From Eledone cirrhosa (Eukaryota), in the NCBI GenBank assembly GCA_964016885.1, contig CAXHJY010000264.1, positions 372,001 through 436,000 of the forward strand: a stretch of DNA of 64,000 nucleotides, read 5' to 3'. Made by a program: the position numbers and the translations under genes. Below, one piece after another: positions 1 to 13,579 of the stretch. The notes under the pieces are model-generated. The model saw only the letters and a program-made list of their open reading frames with translations, was not told where the DNA came from and searched no databases. How positions within the stretch are numbered: position 1 is the stretch's first letter; the number at the start of each line of letters is the position of its first letter.

Positions 1-3000
1 AACTATAGAACATGGTAGATGTCAACAGGGTGATATCTAACAAGGTAGGTGTCAACAGTGTGATATCTAACATGGTAGATATACTGTCTAAAGGAACTAT
101 AGAACATGGTAGATGTCAACAGTGTGATATCTAACATGGTAGATATACTGTCTAAAGGTATTATAGAACATGGTACATGTCAACAGTGTGATATCTAACA
201 TGGTAGATATACTGTCTAAAGGTATTATAGAACATGGTACATGTCAACAGTGTGATATCTAACATGGTAGATGTCAACAATGTGATATCTAACATTGTAG
301 ATATACTGTCTAAAGGAACTATAGAACATGGTACACGTCATCAGTGTGATATCTAAAATGGTAGATATACTGTCTAAAGGAACTATAGAACATGGTATAT
401 GTCATCAGTGTGATATCTAAAATGGTAGATATACTGTCTAAAGGTACTATAGAACATGGTACATGTCAACAGTGTGATATATAGCATGGTAGATATACTG
501 TCTAAAGGAACTATAGAACATGGTACATGTCAACACTGTGATATCTAACATGGTAGATGTCAACAGTGTGATATCTAACATGGTAGATGTCAACAGTGTG
601 ATATCTAACATGGTAGATATACTGTCTAAAGGAACTATAGAATATGGTATATGTCATCAGTGTGATATCTAAAATGGTAGATATACTGTCTAAAGGTACT
701 ATAGAACATGGTACATGTCAACAGTGTGATATATAGCATGGTAGATATACTGTCTAAAGGTACTATAGAACATGGTACATGTCAATAGTGTGATATCTAA
801 CATGGTAAATATACTGTCTAAAGGAACTATAGAACATGGTACATGTCAACACTGTGATATCTAACATGGTAGATGTCATCAGTGTGATATCTAACATGGT
901 AGATATACTGTGTAAAGGAACTATAGAACATGGTACATGTCAACAGTGTGATATCTAACATGGTAGATATACTGTCTAAAGGAACTATAGAACATGGTAG
1001 GTGTCAACAGGGTGATATCTAACATGGTAGATATACCGTCTAAAGGTACTATAGAACATGGTAGATGTCAACAGGGTGATATCTAACATGGTAGGTGTCA
1101 ACAGTGTGATATCTAACATGGTAGATATACCGTCTAAAGGTACTATAGAACATGGTAGGTGTCAACAGGGTGATATCTAACATGGTAGGTGTCAACAGTG
1201 TGATATCTAACATGGTAGATATACTGTCTAAAGGAACGATAGAACATGGTACATGTCAACAGTGAGATATCTATCATGGTAGATATACTTTCTAAAGGAA
1301 CTATAGAACATGGTAGGTGTCAACAGGGTGATATCTAACATGGTAGATGTCAACACTGTGATATCTAACATGGTAAATATACTGTCTAAAGGAACTATAG
1401 AACATGGTACATGTCAACAGTGTGATATCAAACATGGTAGATATACTGTCTAAAGGTACTATAGAACATGGTAGATGTCAACAGTGTGATATCTAACATG
1501 GTAGATGTCAACAGTGTGATATCTAACATGGTAGATATATTTTCTAAAGCACTCTAGAACATGGTACAGGTCAACAGTGTGATATCTAACATGGTAGATA
1601 TACTGTCTAATGGTACTATAGAACATGGTAGATGCAACACTGAGATATCTAACATGGTAGACATAGTGTATAAATGTACTATAGAACATGGTAGGTGTCA
1701 ACAGGGTGATATCTAACATGGTAGATATACAGTCTAAAGGTACTATAGAACATGGTACATGTCAACAGTGTGATATATAACATAGTAGATATACTGTCTA
1801 AAGGAACTATAGAACATGGTAGATGTCAACAGTGTGATATCTAACATGGTAAATGTACTGTCTAAAGGTACTATAGAACATGGTACATGTCAACAGTGTG
1901 ATATATGACATAGTAGATATACTGTCTAAAGGAACTATAGAACATGGTACATGTCAACAGTGTGATATCTAACATGGTAGATATACTGTCTAAAGGAACT
2001 ATTGAACATGGTAGATGTCAACAGTGTGATATCTAACATGGTAGATATACTGTCTAAAGGAACTATAGAACATGGTACATGTCAACAGTGTGATATCTAA
2101 CATGGTAGATATACTGTCTAAATGTACTATAGAACATGGTAGATGTCAACAGGGTGATATCTAACATGGTAGGTGTCAACAGTGTGATATCTAACATGGT
2201 AGATATACTGTCTAAAGGAACTATTGAACATGGTACATGTCAACAGTGTGATATCTAACATGGTAGATATAGTCTATAGCACTCTAGAACATGGTACAGG
2301 TCAACAGTGTGATATCTAACATGGTAGATATACTGTCTAAAGGTACTATAGAACATGGTACATGTCAACACTGTGATATCTAACATGGTAGATATACTGT
2401 CTAAAGGAACTATTGAACATGGTAGATGTCAACAGTGTGATATTTAACATGGTAGATGTCAACAGTGTGATATCTAACATGGTAGATATACTGTCTAAAG
2501 GAACTATAGAACATGGTACATGTCAACAGTGTGATATATAACATAGTAGATATACTGTCTAAAGCACTCTAGAACATGGTACAGGTCAACAGTGTGATAT
2601 CTAACATGGTAGATATACTGTCTAAAGGCACTATAGAACATGGTACAGGTCAACAGTGTGATATCTAACATGGTAGATATACTGTCTAAAGGTACTATAG
2701 AACATGGTAGATGCAACAGTGAGATATCTAACATGGTAAATATACAGTCTAAAGGAACTATAGAACATGGTAGGTGTCAACAGGGTGATATCTAACATGG
2801 TAGATATACTGTCTAAAGGAACTATAGAACATGATAGGTGTCAACAGGGTGATATCTAACATGGTAGATATACTGTCTAAAGGAACTATAGAACATGGTA
2901 GGTGTCAACAGGGTGATATCTAACATGGTAGATATACTGTCTAAAGGAACTATAGAACATGGTAGATGTCAACAGGGTGATATCTAACATGGTAGGTGTC

Positions 3001-6000
3001 AACAGTGTGATATCTAACATGGTAGATATACTGTCTAAAGGAACTATAGAACATGGTAGATGTCAACAGTGTGATATATAGCATGGTAGATATACTGTCT
3101 AAAGGTACTATAGAACATGGTACATGTCAACAGTGTGATATCTAACATGGTAGATGTCAACAGTGTGATATCTAACATGGTAGATATACTGTCTAAAGGA
3201 ACTATAGAACATGGTACATGTCAACAGTGTGATATCTAACATGGTAAATATACTGTCTAAAGGAACTATAGAACATGGTAGGTGTCAACAGTGTGATATC
3301 TAACATGGTAGATATACTGACTAAAGGTACTATAGAACATGGTAGATGTGAACAGTGTGATATCTAACATGGTAGATATATTTTCTAAAGCACTCTAGAA
3401 CATGGTACAGGTCAACAGTCTGATATCTAACATGGTAGATATACTGTCTAATGGTACTATAGAACATGGTAGATGCAACACTGAGATATCTAACATGGTA
3501 GACATAGTGTGTAAATGTACTATAGAACATGGTAGGTGTCAACAGGGTGATATCTAACATGGTAGATATACAGTCTAAAGGTACTATAGAACTTGGTACA
3601 TGTCAACAGTGTGATATATAACATAGTAGATATACTGTCTAAAGGAACTATAGAACATGGTACATGTCAACAGTGTGATATCTAACATGGTAAATGTACT
3701 GTCTAAAGGTACTATAGAACATGGTACATGTCAACAGTGTGATATATGACATAGTAGATATACTGTCTAAAGGAACTATAGAACATGGTACATGTCAACA
3801 GTGTGATATCTAACATGGTAGATATACTGTCTAAAGGAACTATTGAACATGGTAGATGTCAACAGTGTGATATCTAACATGGTAGATATACTGTCTAAAG
3901 GAACTATAGAACATGGTACATGTCAACAGTGTGATATCTAACATGGTAGATATACTGTCTAAAGGTACTATAGAACATGGTACATGTCAACAGTGTGATA
4001 TATGACATAGTAGATATACTGTCTAAAGGAACTATTGAACATGGTAGATGTCAACAGTGTGATATCTAACATGGTAGATATACTGTCTAAAGGAACTATA
4101 GAACATGGTAGATGTCAACAGGGTGATATCTAACATGGTAGGTGTCAACAGTGTGATATCTAACATGGTAGATATACTGTCTAAATGTACTATAGAACAT
4201 GGTAGATGTCAACAGGGTGATATCTAACATGGTAGGTGTCAACAGTGTGATATCTAACATGGTAGATATACTGTCTAAAGGAACTATTGAACATGGTACA
4301 TGTCAACAGTGTGATATCTAACATGGTAGATATAGTCTATAGCACTCTAGAACATGGTACAGGTCAACAGTGTGATATCTAACATGGTAGATATACTGTC
4401 TAAAGGTACTATAGAACATGGTACATGTCAACACTGTGATATCTAACATGGTAGATATACTGTCTAAAGGAACTATTGAACATGGTAGATGTCAACAGTG
4501 TGATATTTAACATGGTAGATGTCAACAGTGTGATATCTAACATGGTAGATATACTGTCTAAAGGAACTATAGAACATGGTACATATCAACAGTGTGATGT
4601 ATAACATAGTAGATATACTGTCTAAAGCACTCTAGAACATGGTACAGGTCAACAGTGTGATATCTAACATGGTAGATATACTGTCTAAAGGCACTATAGA
4701 ACATGGTACAGGTCAACAGTGTGATATCTAACATGGTAGATATACTGTCTAAAGGTACTATAGAACATAGTAGATGCAACAGTGAGATATCTAACATGGT
4801 AAATATACAGTCTAAAGGAACTATAGAACATGGTAGGTGTCAACAGGGTGATATCTAACATGGTAGATATACTGTCTAAAGGAACTATAGAACATGGTAG
4901 GTGTCAACAGGGTGATATCTAACATGGTAGATATACTGTCTAAAGGAACTATAGAACATGGTAGGTGTCAACAGGGTGATATCTAACATGGTAGATATAC
5001 TGTCGTGAAGGAACTATAGAACATGGTACATGTCAACAGTGTGATATCTAACATGGTAGATATACTGACTAAAGGTACTATAGAACATGGTAGATGTGAA
5101 CAGTGTGATATCTAACATGGTAGATATATTGTCTAAAGCACTCTAGAACATGGTACAGGTCAACAGTCTGATATCTAACATGGTAGATATACTGTCTAAT
5201 GGTACTATAGAACATGGTAGATGCAACACTGAGATATCTAACATTTTAGACATAGTGTGTAAATGTACTATAGAACATGGTAGGTGTCAACAGGGTGATA
5301 TCTAACATGGTAGATATACAGTCTAAAGGTACTATAGAACTTGGTACAGGTCAACAGTGTGATATATAACATAGTAGATATACTGTCTAAAGGAACTATA
5401 GAACATGGTACATGTCAACAGTGTGATATCTAACATGGTAAATGTACTGTCTAAAGGTACTATAGAACATGGTACATGTCAACACTGTGATATCTAACAT
5501 GGTAGATATACTGTCTAAAGGAACTATTGAACATGGTAGATGTCAACAGTGTGATATTTAACATGGTAGATGTCAACAGTGTGATATCTAACATGGTAGA
5601 TATACTGTCTAAAGGAACTATAGAACATGGTACATGTCAACAGTGTGATATATAACATAGTAGATATACTGTCTAAAGCACTCTAGAACATGGTACAGGT
5701 CAACAGTGTGATATCTAACATGGTAGATATACTGTCTAAAGGCACTATAGAACATGGTACAAGTCAACAGTGTGATATCTAACATGGTAGATATACTGTC
5801 TAAAGGTACTATAGAACATGGTAGGTGTCAACAGTGTGATATCTAACATGGTAGATATACTGTCTAAAGGAACTATAGAACATGGTACACGTCATCAGTG
5901 TGATATCTAACATGGTAGATATACTGTCTAAAGGTACTATAGAACATAGTACATGTCAACAGTGTGATATCTAACATGGTAGATATACTGTCTAAAGGAA

Positions 6001-9000
6001 CTATAGAACATGGTACATGTCAACAGTGTGATATCTAAAATGGTAGATATACTGTCTAAAGGAACTATAGAACATGGTAGATGTCAACAGGGTGATATCT
6101 AACAAGGTAGGTGTCAACAGTGTGATATCTAACATGGTAGATATACTGTCTAAAGGAACTATAGAACATGGTAGATGTCAACAGTGTGATATCTAACATG
6201 GTAGATATACTGTCTAAAGGTATTATAGAACATGGTACATGTCAACAGTGTGATATCTAACATGGTAGATATACTGTCTAAAGGTATTATAGAACATGGT
6301 ACATGTCAACAGTGTGATATCTAACATGGTAGATGTCAACAATGTGATATCTAACATTGTAGATATACTGTCTAAAGGAACTATAGAACATGGTACACGT
6401 CATCAGTGTGATATCTAAAATGGTAGATATACTGTCTAAAGGTACTATAGAACATGGTACATGTCAACAGTGTGATATATAGCATGGTAGATATACTGTC
6501 TAAAGGAACTATAGAACATGGTACATGTCAACACTGTGATATCTAACATGGTAGATGTCAACAGTGTGATATCTAACATGGTAGATGTCAACAGTGTGAT
6601 ATCTAACATGGTAGATATACTGTCTAAAGGAACTATAGAACATGGTACATGTCAACAGTGTGATATCTAACATGGTAAATATACTGTCTAAAGGAACTAT
6701 AGAACATGGTACATGTCAACACTGTGATATCTAACATGGTAGATGTCATCAGTGTGATATCTAACATGGTAGATATACTGTGTAAAGGAACTATAGAACA
6801 TGGTACATGTCAACAGTGTGATATCTAACATGGTAGATATACTGTCTAAAGGAACTATAGAACATGGTAGGTGTCAACAGGGTGATATCTAACATGGTAG
6901 ATATACCGTCTAAAGGTACTATAGAACATGGTAGATGTCAACAGGGTGATATCTAACATGGTAGGTGTCAACAGTGTGATATCTAACATGGTAGATATAC
7001 CGTCTAAAGGTACTATAGAACATGGTAGGTGTCAACAGGGTGATATCTAACATGGTAGGTGTCAACAGTGTGATATCTAACATGGTAGATATACTGTCTA
7101 AAGGAACGATAGAACATGGTACATGTCAACAGTGAGATATCTATCATGGTAGATATACTTTCTAAAGGAACTATAGAACATGGTAGGTGTCAACAGGGTG
7201 ATATCTAACATGGTAGATGTCAACACTGTGATATCTAACATGGTAAATATACTGTCTAAAGGAACTATAGAACATGGTACATGTCAACAGTGTGATATCA
7301 AACATGGTAGATATACTGTCTAAAGGTACTATAGAACATGGTAGATGTCAACAGTGTGATATCTAACATGGTAGATGTCAACAGTGTGATATCTAACATG
7401 GTAGATATATTTTCTAAAGCACTCTAGAACATGGTACAGGTCAACAGTGTGATATCTAACATGGTAGATATACTGTCTAATGGTACTATAGAACATGGTA
7501 GATGCAACACTGAGATATCTAACATGGTAGACATAGTGTATAAATGTACTATAGAACATGGTAGGTGTCAACAGGGTGATATCTAACATGGTAGATATAC
7601 AGTCTAAAGGTACTATAGAACTTGGTACATGTCAACAGTGTGATATATAACATAGTAGATATACTGTCTAAAGGAACTATAGAACATGGTAGATGTCAAC
7701 AGTGTGATATCTAACATGGTAAATGTACTGTCTAAAGGTACTATAGAACATGGTACATGTCAACAGTGTGATATATGACATAGTAGATATACTGTCTAAA
7801 GGAACTATAGAACATGGTACATGTCAACAGTGTGATATCTAACATGGTAAATGTACTGTCTAAAGGTACTATAGAACATGGTACATGTCAACAGTGTGAT
7901 ATCTAACATGGTAAATGTACTGTCTAAAGGTACTATAGAACATGGTACAGGTCAACAGTGTGATATCTAACATGGTAGATATACTGTCTAAAGGCACTAT
8001 AGAACATGGTAGATGTCAACAGTGTGATATCTAACATGGTAAATGTACTGTCTAAAGGTACTATAGAACATGGTACATGTCAACAGTGTGATATCTAACA
8101 TGGTAAATGTACTGTCTAAAGGTACTATAGAACATGGTACATGTCAACAGTGTGATATCTAACATGGTAAATGTACTGTCTAAAGGTACTATAGAACATG
8201 GTACATGTCAACAGTGTGATATATGACATAGTAGATATACTGTCTAAAGGAACTATTGAACATGGTAGATGTCAACAGTGTGATATCTAACATGGTAGAT
8301 ATACTGTCTAAAGGAACTATAGAACATGGTACATGTCAACAGTGTGATATCTAACATGGTAGATATACTGTCTAAATGTACTATAGAACATGGTAGATGT
8401 CAACAGTGTGATATCTAACATGGTAGGTGTCAACAGTGTGATATCTAACATGGTAGATATACTGTCTAAAGGAACTATTGAACATGGTACATGTCAACAG
8501 TGTGATATCTAACATGGTAGATATAGTCTAAAGCACTCTAGAACATGGTACAGGTCAACAGTGTGATATCTAACATGGTAGATATACTGTCTAAAGGTAC
8601 TATAGAACATGGTAGATGCAACAGTGAGATATCTAACATGGTAAATATACTGTCTAAAGGAACTATAGAACATGGTACACGTCATCAGTGTGATATCTAA
8701 CATGGTAGATATACTGTCTAAAGGAACTATTGAACATGGTACATGTCAACAGTGTGATATCAAACATGGTAGATATACTGTCTAAAGGAACTATAGAACA
8801 TGGTAGATGTCAACAGTGTGATATATAGCATGGTAGATATACTGTCTAAAGGTATTATAGAACATGGTACATGTCGACAGTGTGATATCTAACATGGTAG
8901 ATGTCAACAGTGTGATATCTAACATGGTAGATATACTGTCTAAAGGAACTATAGAACATGGTAGGTGTCAACAGGGAGATATCTAACATGGTAGATATAC

Positions 9001-9354
9001 TGTCTAAAGGAACTATAGAACATGGTAGGTGTCAACAGTGTGATATCTAGCATGGTAGATATACTGTCTAAAGCACTCTAGAACATGGTACATGTCAACA
9101 GTGTGATATCTAACATGGTAGATATACTGACTAAAGGTACTATAGAACATGGTAGATGCAACAGTGTGATATCTAACATGGTAGATGTCAACAGTGTGAT
9201 ATGTAACATGGTAGATATACTGTCTAACGGTACTATAGAATATGGTAGATGTCAACAGTGTGATATCTAACATGGTAGATATACAGTCTAAAGGAACTAT
9301 AGAACATGGTAGATATACTGTCTAAAGGAACTATAGAACACGGTAGATGTCAAC
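1..9354. repeat. Satellite A: 64-bp monomer built of a 34-bp and a 30-bp subunit, with occasional extra 30-bp units; runs off the left edge
   Basis: AACATGGTAGATATACTGTCTAAAGGAACTATAG (34 bp) alternates with AACATGGTA(C/G)ATGTCAACAGTGTGATATCT (30 bp); AACATGGT starts at 69, 103, 133. The array ends abruptly at ...GATGTCAAC 9354. Confidence 0.97.
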
Positions 9355-9524
9355 CGTTTTTTTATTTAAATGTTCATACTATCTTTATTAATGGAAAGAT
9401 TATTGTCAAAATTTGTAAAATTAGAAGAAAACTTTAATTATTTTATGTGACTTAGACATATTTCTGCCTTGTACTTTGAGAAATGTCTTGCTAATACTGT
9501 TTTATGTGGTATATGACAGTAAGT

Positions 9525-9688
9525 GTTAAAGTGCTTATATTTATCTGAATACCTTCCATTACAATTTAATGGTCGTTAAGTTATGTTCCTCACTGCAGCT
9601 TAATTGTGAAAGAATGAACTATGTACTAAATTCCTAATTTTTCAATGTTCAGTATGTTTTATTAGAAATATGGATATGAAAGGGTTAA
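9525..9688 (+). mobile_element. Degenerate MITE, right part (piggyBac-like end ...AGGG|TTAA), copy 1
   Basis: Ends ATTAGAAATATGGATATGAAAGGGTTAA. Shares CCAT.A.AATTT, GTTAAGTTAT.TTC, TACTAAAT.CCT and the terminus with the copy at 10620-11717. Left boundary approximate. Confidence 0.6.
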
Positions 9689-9703
9689 ATATTTTAGACA
9701 TAC

Positions 9704-9812
9704 CACAAGCTAAGTGTGTCATCTTTATTTTTACAATATCTGGAAGTTGTCCTTTATCCCAAGAATCTTTTAAAATGTCCAACTTTCGTTTTACTTCCTC
9801 AATTGTTCTGAC
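9704..9812 (-). CDS. SRA1: Internal coding exon (109 bp, phase 0 to phase 1) of an SRA1/SRAP-like gene (steroid receptor RNA activator protein)
   Basis: Minus strand: cttcatttttattgttatttAG|GTCAGA...GCTTGTG|GTatgt. It is stop-free and encodes VRTIEEVKRKLDILKDSWDKGQLPDIVKIKMTHLAC. This aligns by eye, without gaps, to SRAP as recalled ([36 protein letters not shown]; pattern R.L..L...W..G.L...VK..M..L). Confidence 0.8.
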
Positions 9813-9920
9813 CTAAATAACAATAAAAATGAAGTTTTAATGATGTCAACAGTGGTTGTGATAATAAATGTTTTAATATAAATGGTAATGATGATGGCTA
9901 CAATAATCGTTTGTAATGTA

Positions 9921-10131
9921 GGCACAAGACCAGCAATTTAGGAGGAGGGTAAAATTAATTAAATGGATACCAGTACTTGATTGGTACTTAGTACTTTATT
10001 TTATTGACTATGCAATCATGAAAAGTGAAGTTGACAATGGCATGATTTAAACACAGTATGTAAAGGGACGTAATTATGTATTGCAAAGTATTTTGTCTAA
10101 TGTTCTAATAATTTTTGCCAATTCACCATCT
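9921..10131 (-). mobile_element. Old, CpG-decayed tRNA-derived SINE
   Basis: The reverse complement begins AAGATGGTGAATTGGCAAAAATTATTAG (degenerate A box) and contains a GTCAATAAAATAAAGTACTAAGTACCAAT core. Resembles common octopus SINEs from memory; highly diverged. Confidence 0.55.
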
Positions 10132-10619
10132 TGATAATGGCTACAATCACGGTGACATTGTTTAAGATATAGAGCTACAACTCCCAAACTACAACCCATG
10201 CTAGAATTTAGAAAGTTCTACAGCAATCAAGACAAAATCTTTTATTTTTTTAAATATTTGCTAAAATGTAAAATCTTTATAAATATGTTATACAATAATC
10301 TTTAAACACAGGTATTAGGTCTACAACAAAACACCTCAAATAAAAAAAGAAACTATATTGAGAAATATTTTCCTATGACAAATATAGGTAAAATTCCGTT
10401 ATAACCAATACCATTATAACTAATTTTTCAGTATAACAACATTTTTTTCCAATCCCTGAGGTAATAACAAACAAATGCTCGATTTGTTTCTGTCGATCTC
10501 ATAAAGAATTTTTTGTTACTATACATTTTTCTTTATACCCCATGAATTTCACTATTAAATAATAAATGTGTTCCATTGGAATATATTTTTAAAAACATTA
10601 TTTAACCAAATAACATGAA

Positions 10620-11717
10620 ACTGGCCATGTTTCTCTGATACAAAACTGATTTCAAGTGTTTATATTCATCTACAAACCACCCATCATCTATATATATAAA
10701 ACTGAGGATGTCTGTCTGTGTGTGTGTGTGTGTGAGTTTGAATCCCTAAAACTCAATAACCACCCAACCGACTGTTTTTAAACTTTACACATGTAATACT
10801 TATGTTTCAGGGAGTGTTCTGAGCAAAAAAAATTTAAAATTTTTTATGCCCCATTTAGCGATCTCGCTCTATAATTCTTAGTCTTTCTCTTTTTAGATAG
10901 ATACATACTTATAACGTCGTGCCCTTATAATATGTCTGTATGTCTGCATTACGTCACCTCCTTCAGGATGTCTGTGTGTGTGAGTTTGAATCCCTAAAAC
11001 TCGAGAAGTACCCAACAGATTTTTTTCAAACTTTACATGTGTATTACTTATGTTTCAGGGAGTGTTATGCACATAAAAAAATTCAACTTTTTTTTATCTC
11101 CTACGGCCCGCATTAGGTGAAAAACTGCGTTGTTTAACCTTTTTACGGGTTTTTTGAGTCGTTACGTCAAACCGATTTCCTTGAAATTGTAACTATGTAT
11201 AAGTCAATCTTTTCTTTATACCGTAAAGAAAGAAAATCCAACTTTCTTATGGCCTAGGGCCCGCATTAGGTGAAAAACTTCATTTTTTCAGCTTCTTAGG
11301 GCTTTTTGGAGATGTTACGTCTAGCCGATTTACCCGAAATTTGCACATAAAAAAATTCATTTTCTTGATCCCCTAGGGCCCGCATTAGGTGAAAACCTAC
11401 AATTTTCCTGCTTCTTTGGGTAAAATCTTAAAGATTATCCAGCCATCAGAGTATTCGGTTTATTTTCTTTATATATTGTCCAGGCATGCAGTTTTTAGGT
11501 CTATTGACGGCCCGCATTCCAAAATACCTTATCCTGTGCAACGCCGGGTAGCACTGCTAGTAATTTTATATAAGAATCTTTGTTAAGTTATCTTCTAAAA
11601 ACCAACTTGATAATGAGTTAGTTATATTACTAAATCCCTCCAAATTCTTGACTATTTCCAAAATTCTCTGAAAATATAGACTGTCTTTCATTAGAAATAT
11701 GGTAATGAAAGGGTTAA
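10620..11717 (+). mobile_element. MITE copy 2 (piggyBac-like right end), interrupted by a Helitron; source of satellite B
   Basis: Removing 10687-11560 joins ...ACCACCCATCA to TAATTTTATA...GTTAAGTTATCTTC...TACTAAATCCCT...AGAAATATGGTAATGAAAGGGTTAA, colinear with copy 1. Left boundary approximate. Confidence 0.6.
10687..11560 (+). mobile_element. Non-autonomous Helitron-like element
   Basis: Inserted between A (10686) and T (11561) with no TSD. 5' end TCTATATATATAAAA followed by GTCT/GT microsatellite; 3' end has an imperfect GC hairpin CCTGTGCAACGCCGGG then CTAG. Internal repeats present. Confidence 0.8.
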
Positions 11718-12628
11718 AGACATAGACAGTGTCTTTCATTAGAAATATGGCAATGAAATGGTTAAAGACATAGACAGTGTCTTTCATTAGAAATATGGTA
11801 ATGAAAGGGTAAATGACATAGACAATGTCTTTCATTAGAAATATGGCAATGAAAGGGTTAAAGACATAGACAGTGTCTTTCATTAGAAATATGGCAATGA
11901 AATGGTTAACGACATAGACAGTGTCTTTCATTAGAAATATGGTAATGAAAGGGTAAATGACATAGACAATGTCTTTCATTAGAAATATGGCAATGAAAGG
12001 GTTAAAGACATAGACAGTGTCTTTCATTAGAAATATGGTAATGAAAGGGTTAAAGACATAGACAGTGTCTTTCATTAGAAATATGGTAATGAAAGGGTAA
12101 ATGACATAGACAATGTCTTTCATTAGAAATATGGCAATGAAAGGGTTAAAGACATAGACAGTGTCTTTCATTAGAAATATGGTAATGAAAGGGTTAAAGA
12201 CATAGACAGTGTCTTTCATTAGAAATATGGTAATGAAAGGGTAAATGACATAGACAATGTCTTTCATTAGAAATATGGCAATGAAAGGGTTAAAGACATA
12301 GACAGTGTCTTTCATTAGAAATATGGTAATGAAAGGGTTAACGACATAGACAGTGTCTTTCATTAGAAATATGGTAATGAAAGGGTTAATGACATAGACA
12401 GTGTCTTTCATTAGAAATATGGTAATGAAATGGTTAATGACATAGACAGTGTCTTTCATTAGAAATATGGTAATGAAAGGGTTAACGACATAGACAGTGT
12501 CTTTCATTAGAAATATGGTAATGAAAGGGTTAATGACATAGACAGTGTCTTTCATTAGAAATATGATAACGAAAGGGTTAATGACATAGACAGTGTCTTT
12601 CATTAGAAATATGGTAATGAAAGGGTTA
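11677..12628. repeat. Satellite B: ~20 x 48-bp minisatellite with a 144-bp trimer higher-order unit
   Basis: Monomer GACATAGACAGTGTCTTTCATTAGAAATATGGTAATGAAAGGGTTAAA. Variant AAATGACATAGACAATG recurs at 11811, 11955, 12099, 12243 (144-bp spacing). Confidence 0.97.
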
Positions 12629-12804
12629 GATAGAAAATACAGGTCATGAAGATGACTTATTTGCCAAAATGGATTGCAACTGTGAAGGAATAGGAATCTG
12701 GTAGTGCCTAATTTAAACTTAGAGGCCTTAAGCTATATAAAACAGGCAGGCTCCTGGTTAAAACATAACACCAAATGGTCTCACAAAAATGTTAACATAA
12801 ACTG

Positions 12805-13030
12805 TCATCATTATTTTACATGTTTTTTCATGCTTTCAAGGGTTGGTCAGGTTTTCTCTAGCATGTTTCCTTCACCTGTTGTATTCCATTGTCATCTACT
12901 CTGTGAGCTTCATCATTTTGAGATCAGTTCTCACTCCCTCTGTCCAGGTTTCCCTTGGTCTCCCTCTTCAACAGCTTCCTTCCACTGAGAACACCTAACA
13001 CTTCCTCACCCAACAATCATCATCCATACA
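12805..13030 (-). mobile_element. RTE-clade LINE 3' fragment (ORF2 C-terminus, short 3' UTR, GAT-like tail)
   Basis: Minus translation MDDDCWVRKC*VFSVEGSC*RGRPRETWTEGVRTDL; tail seen as CATCATTAT on the + strand. Confidence 0.75.
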
Positions 13031-13089
13031 CCCCTCTCTTGCACATAGCATGATATCTGTTATGCACAGTTTGTTATGTCTTCTCTCCT

Positions 13090-13480
13090 ATGATTACATG
13101 GATTGCTGCCAGCACAGCATCCCTCCACTGTGAGCTTCAGAGATTAAAGATCAGATCACAGCCTCTCTCTAGGTCTTCCTTGGTTTCCCTCTACTGAGAT
13201 TTCTTAGCACTTCTTCACCCAACACTCATCATCTATACCAGTGCAGTCTTCTCTCCTGTGTACAACATCTGATCCCAGTTTTTCTCTCAGTTCACCCATG
13301 CTCTGTCATTCATGCACATTACAATTGTACATCCATCAAAGTATGCTTATTCTATTTCTCTTTAGCTTTCACATATCCACTGTATTCCCTGCCCATGTTT
13401 CACTATCATGCAACATTGCACACCACACACAGGCATCATATAGCCAGCCTTTCATTCATAGAGAGAAACCTTGTTCTTAT
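13090..13480 (-). mobile_element. RTE-clade LINE ORF2 fragment (related to family A)
   Basis: Minus translation includes KGWLYDACVWCAMLHDSETW...WMYNCNVHE*QSMGELREKLG...ERRLHWY, with stops and deletions. Confidence 0.75.
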
Positions 13481-13579
13481 TCTAATTACTATGCTCTCAA
13501 AGCAACCTTCTCCACTGCTAATTATATCACCTAGGTAGCAGAAACTATCAACCACTTCTATATTGATCCTTCCTTCTTC

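Noticed and set aside
1-9354. CRISPR-like look: a constant AACATGGTA motif every 30-34 bp
   Set aside because: The intervening sequences are two recurring subunits, not unique spacers; there are no cas genes and the context is eukaryotic.
11566-12603. 345-aa hydrophobic repeat ORF (MKDTVYVINPFITIFL)n
   Set aside because: A 48-bp stop-free monomer gives an open frame automatically; the monomer is a MITE end.
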